Assembly (NCBI GenBank): GCA_964345825.1
Contig: CAYFSI010000004.1
Location: 1-49,166, forward strand
Length of the DNA: 49,166 bases
DNA from: an uncultured Staphylococcaceae bacterium
GTDB lineage: Bacteria > Bacillota_I > Bacilli_A > RFN20 > CAG-826
Direction: 5' to 3'
Of this stretch, positions 44,729 through 49,166 are shown piece by piece. Made by a program: the position numbers and the translations under genes. How positions within the stretch are numbered: the first letter of the stretch is position 1; every line of letters starts with the position of its first letter. The notes beneath the pieces are model-generated. The model searched no databases, was not told the origin of the DNA, and worked only from the letters and a program-made list of their open reading frames with translations.

Positions 44729-45325
44729 TTATTTTGTGAAATATTTTTTTTCAATAGCCGGAAGATAATCTAAACGAGGATTGAACCCTCGTTTAATAAA
44801 TGATCCATTTTGACAAACAGTGGTGAAGGGAATAGATTTTCTCTCCCCTTTTTCATAAAAATTAATCACGTAAGATGCGTCTAATAAGAACACTTGATCA
44901 TGGTAAGCGAACTCGATGATAAAAAACGCAATTCCACCGAATTTCAAGACATTTTTTAAATGATCAATTTGATGAGATGTAATGTTTGAAAGAGGAAAAC
45001 TGCTCTTGTTTTTGGTGCTTTTGGCTTCAAAATCAATATATCTTCCCTTATACACTCCGTTATAGTCAGTTGTTGATTGCTTTTCGAAAAAAGCATCGAC
45101 AATTTTCGCTCTTTTAGAATAATCTACTTTTGCAACGCGAATTGGGGTGGGACGCTTTGTAATTAGCAAGATACCATTCCTCAAATAGTGTTCGTTTGAT
45201 AGGTTAATATCTTCTTCTAGACTCATCCCTCGATTGGCGGAGGAATAAGAAATCTCTTGGGCGCCTTTTTTCTTCGCCTTTGGATTAAATGTATATTTCT
45301 CTCCATTAGGGTATTTAATCATCAT
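44729..45325 (-). CDS. recU: Holliday junction resolvase RecU
   Basis: 198 aa. NRGMSLEEDINLSNEHY, ITKRPTPIRV and the catalytic region DFEAKST. Confidence 0.9.
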   Translation of the reverse strand: MMIKYPNGEKYTFNPKAKKKGAQEISYSSANRGMSLEEDINLSNEHYLRNGILLITKRPTPIRVAKVDYSKRAKIVDAFFEKQSTTDYNGVYKGRYIDFEAKSTKNKSSFPLSNITSHQIDHLKNVLKFGGIAFFIIEFAYHDQVFLLDASYVINFYEKGERKSIPFTTVCQNGSFIKRGFNPRLDYLPAIEKKYFTK

Positions 45326-46047
45326 GCTAAATATCTTCTTATTTCTTCATCGTAGTTATCAATAGTAATTGTTTCGCCACTATTAAGTTTCTTTAACAAT
45401 TCGTTAACTGGCATCGGCAAATGTCCGTACAAAGGAAGAGCCTTTTTGTATTGTTCGACAACAAGAGGAATATTTCTAAGAAATGCATCATATAAATTAG
45501 CTAAATTAATCGCATCAATGGCTGGGTCATGGGGATCGCCAGCTAGCTGAAGACTGAATAATTCGCAGCAATGGACAAGACTAAAGGGATTTCCATTTCC
45601 ATCACGTAAAAATTCATTTACAAAAGCTGCGTAGTCAATGTAATTCTTTTGTATCTGACTGCAAATGTCTTTTGGATAATCTAGACTATGAGCAATTGAT
45701 TGGCTCAAGATTCTCATATCGTGATTTCCAAAGGTAATAAATGAACTCTTTTTGAAAGATAAACCAGAGTATTTTTTTAATTCTTCCATGGCTTTGGAAA
45801 ATGTGACACCTTTTTGATCCAAGATTTCGTCATTAATATTAGTCAATTCAGTAACGTATTTTCCTACTTTATTTTTGGCTTTTACATAAATTTTAAAAGG
45901 TGGTTTGCGGTTTTTGATGAAGCCCTTTTTGTCCAATGTAACAGCCACCGCCCCAATAGCGATCATCTCATGGCTATATTGAGTTCCTTCAAAATCTAAA
46001 AATACGATTTTTTTGTGATGTTTTAATAATTTTTCGATTTTTTTCAT
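45322..46047 (-). CDS. DEDDh-type 3'-5' exonuclease domain protein (KapD/ERI-like)
   Basis: 241 aa. Exo I VFLDFEGT, Exo II FGNHDMRIL, Exo III HDPAIDAINLANLY. ATGA overlap with the recU start. Confidence 0.75.
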   Translation of the reverse strand: MKKIEKLLKHHKKIVFLDFEGTQYSHEMIAIGAVAVTLDKKGFIKNRKPPFKIYVKAKNKVGKYVTELTNINDEILDQKGVTFSKAMEELKKYSGLSFKKSSFITFGNHDMRILSQSIAHSLDYPKDICSQIQKNYIDYAAFVNEFLRDGNGNPFSLVHCCELFSLQLAGDPHDPAIDAINLANLYDAFLRNIPLVVEQYKKALPLYGHLPMPVNELLKKLNSGETITIDNYDEEIRRYLA

Positions 46048-46103
46048 TTTTTGTAGCGATTTAGTTGTGTATCAATATATACTCTTTTTTCAATGAAAAA
46101 AGA

Positions 46104-46132
46104 TTGAAATACCATCTAATCTACTATATTAT
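46104..46132 (+). promoter_or_regulatory. Sigma-A-type promoter of gpsB
   Basis: TTGAAA (46104-46109), 17 nt spacer, TATTAT (46127-46132). Confidence 0.55.
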
Positions 46133-46150
46133 AGATGAAGAGGTTTATTA

Positions 46151-46516
46151 ATGGCAATTAAACTTACTCTATGTTCTAAAGAAATTCTCGATACTATCTT
46201 TACAGGAGCGATTCATGGATACAATTCCTTGGAAGTCGATTCCTTTCTTGACAATGTGATTCGGGACTATCAAATTATTGAATCAAACTACTTGGTTTCT
46301 CAAAAAGACATTGAATCTATGCAAAACAAGATCGGTGAACTCGAAGAGAAAAACAAATTCTTAGAGATTGATAACAAGCGATATGAAGCGAGATTCGAAG
46401 GTATTAAGAACAATGACAAAAGTGTATCTGCTGACAACATTAACCTCGTGAAAAGGATTAGCGCCTTAGAAAAATTCCTTTGGAAGCAAGGCTTTAATCC
46501 AAATTCTATCAAATAA
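46151..46516 (+). CDS. gpsB: Cell-cycle protein GpsB (DivIVA-domain)
   Basis: 121 aa. N-terminal DivIVA domain SKEILDTIFTGAIHGYNSLEVDSFLDNVIRDY, a coiled coil, and the C-terminal GpsB motif NINLVKRISALEKFLW. Confidence 0.85.
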   Translation: MAIKLTLCSKEILDTIFTGAIHGYNSLEVDSFLDNVIRDYQIIESNYLVSQKDIESMQNKIGELEEKNKFLEIDNKRYEARFEGIKNNDKSVSADNINLVKRISALEKFLWKQGFNPNSIK

Positions 46517-46517
46517 A

Positions 46518-46855
46518 TTTCGATCCGGATAATTGCTGACTTCGGTTAGAGGAAAGTCCATGCTCGCACAGGCTGTGATGCCTGTACTGATTGTGCTAGC
46601 GGAAAAAATAACGCTAGGTACGCAGGAGTGCGTAACGGCGGTGAATCACCTAAGGGAAACTATGGTGTGAAACCTGAAAGTGCCACAGTGACGTAGCTTA
46701 TTGGGAAACCATAAGGTGGAACGCGGTAAACCCCACAAGCGAGAAACCCAAATTTGGTAGGGGAAGCAAGAGATGATAAACGAATTGTCTCGGGCAAGCA
46801 TTAGCTTAGATAAATAATTATCCTAGACAAAACATGGCTTACAGGATCGGAAACT
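46518..46855 (+). ncRNA. rnpB: RNase P RNA, type B (Bacillota-type), compact (~338 nt)
   Basis: Universally conserved strings: GAGGAAAGTCCATGCTCGCAC, GAAAGTGCCACAGTGACG, GGAACGCGGTAAACCCC, GCGAGAAACCCAAATTTGGTAGGGGAA, ACAAAACATGGCTTACAG. P1 pairs TTTCGATCC with GGATCGGAAA. Confidence 0.92.
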
Positions 46856-46871
46856 CACTTTAGGAGAACAA

Positions 46872-47510
46872 ATGAATCTTCCAACAAAAATCACCATCAC
46901 ACGTATTGTCGCTATCGCATTGATGATTGTCGCATTATTTGTAATGTCTTTTTTTAACTTTGACACTCCAAAATTAGGAAACACAGGAATTAATCTCGTG
47001 TTTTTAATTCTCTGTGTCTTTTTTTTACTGGCTAGTTTCACTGATTTTCTCGATGGGTATTTAGCCAGAAAGAATAACCAGGTCACTGATTTAGGAAAAT
47101 TTCTCGACCCGGTCGCTGACAAACTTTTAGTAAATTCAATGGTGATTTTTTTGATCGCCCCAACTTTTTTTGCTCCATATGCGAGTGGACAAATACTTAC
47201 ATTCAATGTTTGGTGCGCTATTTTGTTAATCGGAAGAGACATTGTTGTTGATGCTCTTCGTTTCATTGCTGCCCAAAAGAAAATTGTTATTGCTGCTAAT
47301 ATCTTTGGCAAAGCTAAGACGGTCTTACAAATGGTGGCAATTACCTTTGTGTTATTAAACGGATTTCCCTTCAATTATTTTGATGCTGACTGGCAAGCTG
47401 GATTACATATCACTGATTTTATTGTGTATATCGCAACAGCGGTTTCTCTTTTGTCTGGTATTATTTATGTTATTCAAAACCGACAAGTTTTTAAGGACAC
47501 AAAGAAATGA
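46872..47510 (+). CDS. pgsA: CDP-diacylglycerol--glycerol-3-phosphate 3-phosphatidyltransferase
   Basis: 212 aa. CDP-alcohol phosphotransferase motif DGYLARKNNQVTDLGKFLDPVADK. RBS TAGGAG. Confidence 0.9.
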   Translation: MNLPTKITITRIVAIALMIVALFVMSFFNFDTPKLGNTGINLVFLILCVFFLLASFTDFLDGYLARKNNQVTDLGKFLDPVADKLLVNSMVIFLIAPTFFAPYASGQILTFNVWCAILLIGRDIVVDALRFIAAQKKIVIAANIFGKAKTVLQMVAITFVLLNGFPFNYFDADWQAGLHITDFIVYIATAVSLLSGIIYVIQNRQVFKDTKK

Positions 47511-47980
47511 TAACACCAAAGGAACTTTCTTCCATTTTCATTGAAAAGGGTCGCACGCTCGGATGTGCAGAATCTTTTACCGGAGGTTTATTCTCTCACG
47601 AGATTACCGCTATCCCAGGAGCAAGTCACTTTTTCAAAGGCGGATTTGTTACCTATTCAACTGAAGAAAAAGCCCGAATACTTGGAATTAGTTACGAGAT
47701 GATTGATCGATGCGGAGTTGTATCTCAGGAAATCGCTCAAGAAATGGCGAGTCACGCCCGTCAATTACTCAATGTAGACTATTGTGTTTCTTTTACTGGC
47801 AACGCCGGACCATCAACTATGGAAGGAAAACCAGTTGGCGAAATATTTGTCGCTGTGGCTTGTTATGATTTGGTTATCGTAACAAAGCATAATTTAGCTG
47901 GCTCGCGTAGCGAAATTCAAAATCAAGCTGTTCAGATTGCTTGTCAATTACTTCACGAGCTTTTGGAGCAAAAAAATTAA
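47507..47980 (+). CDS. CinA C-terminal-domain protein (PncC-like NMN amidohydrolase)
   Basis: 157 aa. [10 protein letters not shown] and FTGNAGP motifs. The pgsA-cinA-recA order matches Bacillus. The MoeA-like N-terminal CinA domain is absent. Confidence 0.85.
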   Translation: MITPKELSSIFIEKGRTLGCAESFTGGLFSHEITAIPGASHFFKGGFVTYSTEEKARILGISYEMIDRCGVVSQEIAQEMASHARQLLNVDYCVSFTGNAGPSTMEGKPVGEIFVAVACYDLVIVTKHNLAGSRSEIQNQAVQIACQLLHELLEQKN

Positions 47981-48030
47981 TTTTCCAACAAAACAACAAA
48001 AAACTGATTTATATAAATGAGGCATATCAT

Positions 48031-49047
48031 ATGGCAAAAATTGAAAAAAATGAAACAAACGAAATCAATCTTGACGAGACTTTGAAGCAAATTCAAAAAA
48101 TATTTGGCAAAGGCGCCGTCATGAAACTTGGAGAAAGACAATCTGTCGATGTTGATGTCATTCCTAGTGGATCTTTACTATTGGATGATGCTCTTGGAGT
48201 TGGCGGTTACCCAAAAGGTAGAATCATTGAAATATATGGTCCTGAATCAAGTGGTAAAACCACACTTGCTCTTCACTCCATTGCAGAATGTCAAAAACAA
48301 GGCGGACGTGCCGCGTTTATCGATGCTGAGCACTCTATCGATCCTATCTATGCCAAAAACTTAGGTGTCAATATTGATGAACTAATCCTTTCTCAACCCG
48401 ATAGTGGCGAGCAAGCTCTTGAAATCGTTGAAATGTTAGCCAGCTCTGGTGCTATCAATTTGATTGTTGTCGATTCTGTAGCTGCTTTGGTTCCTCAAGC
48501 CGAGTTAGATGGAGAAATGAGTGACAACTCAGTTGGCCTTCAAGCTCGTTTAATGAGCAAAGCCATGCGTAAATTGGCCGGCATTTTAAATAAAAAAGAA
48601 TGTGCAGTTATCTTTATTAACCAACTTCGTGAAAAAGTAGGTGTCATGTACGGAAACCCAGAAACAACTTCTGGTGGTAGAGCTCTTAAGTTTTATGCTT
48701 CTATAAGACTTGATATTCGCCGTAACGAGGCTTTGAAAAGCGGAAGCGATATCTATGGAAACTCCGTTCGCGTTAAAGTAGTGAAAAACAAAGTTTCCCC
48801 GCCTTTTAAACAAGCGATTATCGATATCATCTACGGCCAAGGAATTTCTAAAGAAGGCGAAATACTTGACCTCAGTGTCGAAGCAGGATTTGTCAAAAAA
48901 AGCGGTTCATGGTTTGAATATAAAGGCAATAAAATTGCCCAAGGTCGCGATGCTGCAAAGGAATATTTGAAGGCCAATCCCGATGTCGTTGAAGAACTAT
49001 CTAAACAAGTTAAGGGACACTTACCAAAAGCAGATTCTATAAAATAG
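48031..49047 (+). CDS. recA: Recombinase RecA
   Basis: 338 aa from the ATG at 48031. Walker [49 protein letters not shown]. Confidence 0.97.
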   Translation: MAKIEKNETNEINLDETLKQIQKIFGKGAVMKLGERQSVDVDVIPSGSLLLDDALGVGGYPKGRIIEIYGPESSGKTTLALHSIAECQKQGGRAAFIDAEHSIDPIYAKNLGVNIDELILSQPDSGEQALEIVEMLASSGAINLIVVDSVAALVPQAELDGEMSDNSVGLQARLMSKAMRKLAGILNKKECAVIFINQLREKVGVMYGNPETTSGGRALKFYASIRLDIRRNEALKSGSDIYGNSVRVKVVKNKVSPPFKQAIIDIIYGQGISKEGEILDLSVEAGFVKKSGSWFEYKGNKIAQGRDAAKEYLKANPDVVEELSKQVKGHLPKADSIK

Positions 49048-49070
49048 CCAATCTCGCATTGGCTTTTTCT
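49046..49070 (+). terminator. Intrinsic terminator after recA
   Basis: Stem AGCCAAT pairs with ATTGGCT, loop CTCGC, then T5. Confidence 0.7.
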
Positions 49071-49166
49071 TTCAAATATTATTAAAGACTTTTTTGTGCT
49101 TTCCCATTATAATTCTGAATTTTACAGATTGGAAATTAAAATTTTAAATAAAGTCCTGATTAAATC

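Noticed and set aside
1-49166. Searched by eye for CRISPR repeats, tandem DNA repeats, restriction-modification, toxin-antitoxin, Abi, retron or CBASS-type defence genes, prophage or conjugation genes
   Set aside because: None found. Every ORF above about 100 aa is accounted for by housekeeping or metabolic families. Intergenic regions are short and explained by promoters, terminators, tRNAs, rnpB and the riboswitch. The ISL3 fragment is the only mobile element.

Overview
This window reads as a compact, almost entirely plus-strand core-chromosome segment of a low-GC (roughly 35-40%) anaerobic Bacillota lineage, probably Erysipelotrichia-like or otherwise genome-reduced. Evidence for that placement is RecU, GpsB, a SigH-like sigma factor, a type-B RNase P RNA and the ECF transporter genes. 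Nearly every ORF longer than 100 aa is a recognisable housekeeping gene. Several gene blocks that are dispersed in Bacillus subtilis lie back to back here: cysS-rlmB-sigma, ecfA1A2T-truA-(yebC)-rplM-rpsI, sufCDSUB, mnmG-rsmG-soj-parB, cmk-der-hup, dnaD-nth/recU, gpsB-rnpB and pgsA-cinA-recA.

The only clearly accessory part is the left end. It holds a truncated ISL3 insertion sequence, an FMN/FAD/Fe-S enoate-reductase-family gene, a divergent split aconitase-X (DUF521/DUF126) pair and a trimeric HydABC-type [FeFe]-hydrogenase operon.

RNA features found are four tRNAs (Ile-GAU, Val-CAC, Thr-UGU, Leu-UAG, all with encoded CCA), RNase P RNA, and an FMN riboswitch in front of ribU. A 59-aa ferredoxin gene is missing from the ORF track.

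I found no CRISPR array, restriction-modification system, toxin-antitoxin pair or other recognisable defence or mobile system apart from the IS. I do not claim a novel multi-gene system here. The findings are individual oddities:
- an in-frame TGA in a small membrane-protein gene
- a deviant H-cluster motif in HydA
- an SD-sequestering hairpin at the sigma-factor gene
- a probable leaderless ecfA1
- a ParB with a degenerate arginine patch next to a parS-like site
- a head-and-neck-only CCA-transferase homologue
- a parvulin lipoprotein with a large insertion
- a lipoprotein built from three tandem modules

All family assignments come from reading motifs by eye. No database search was run.
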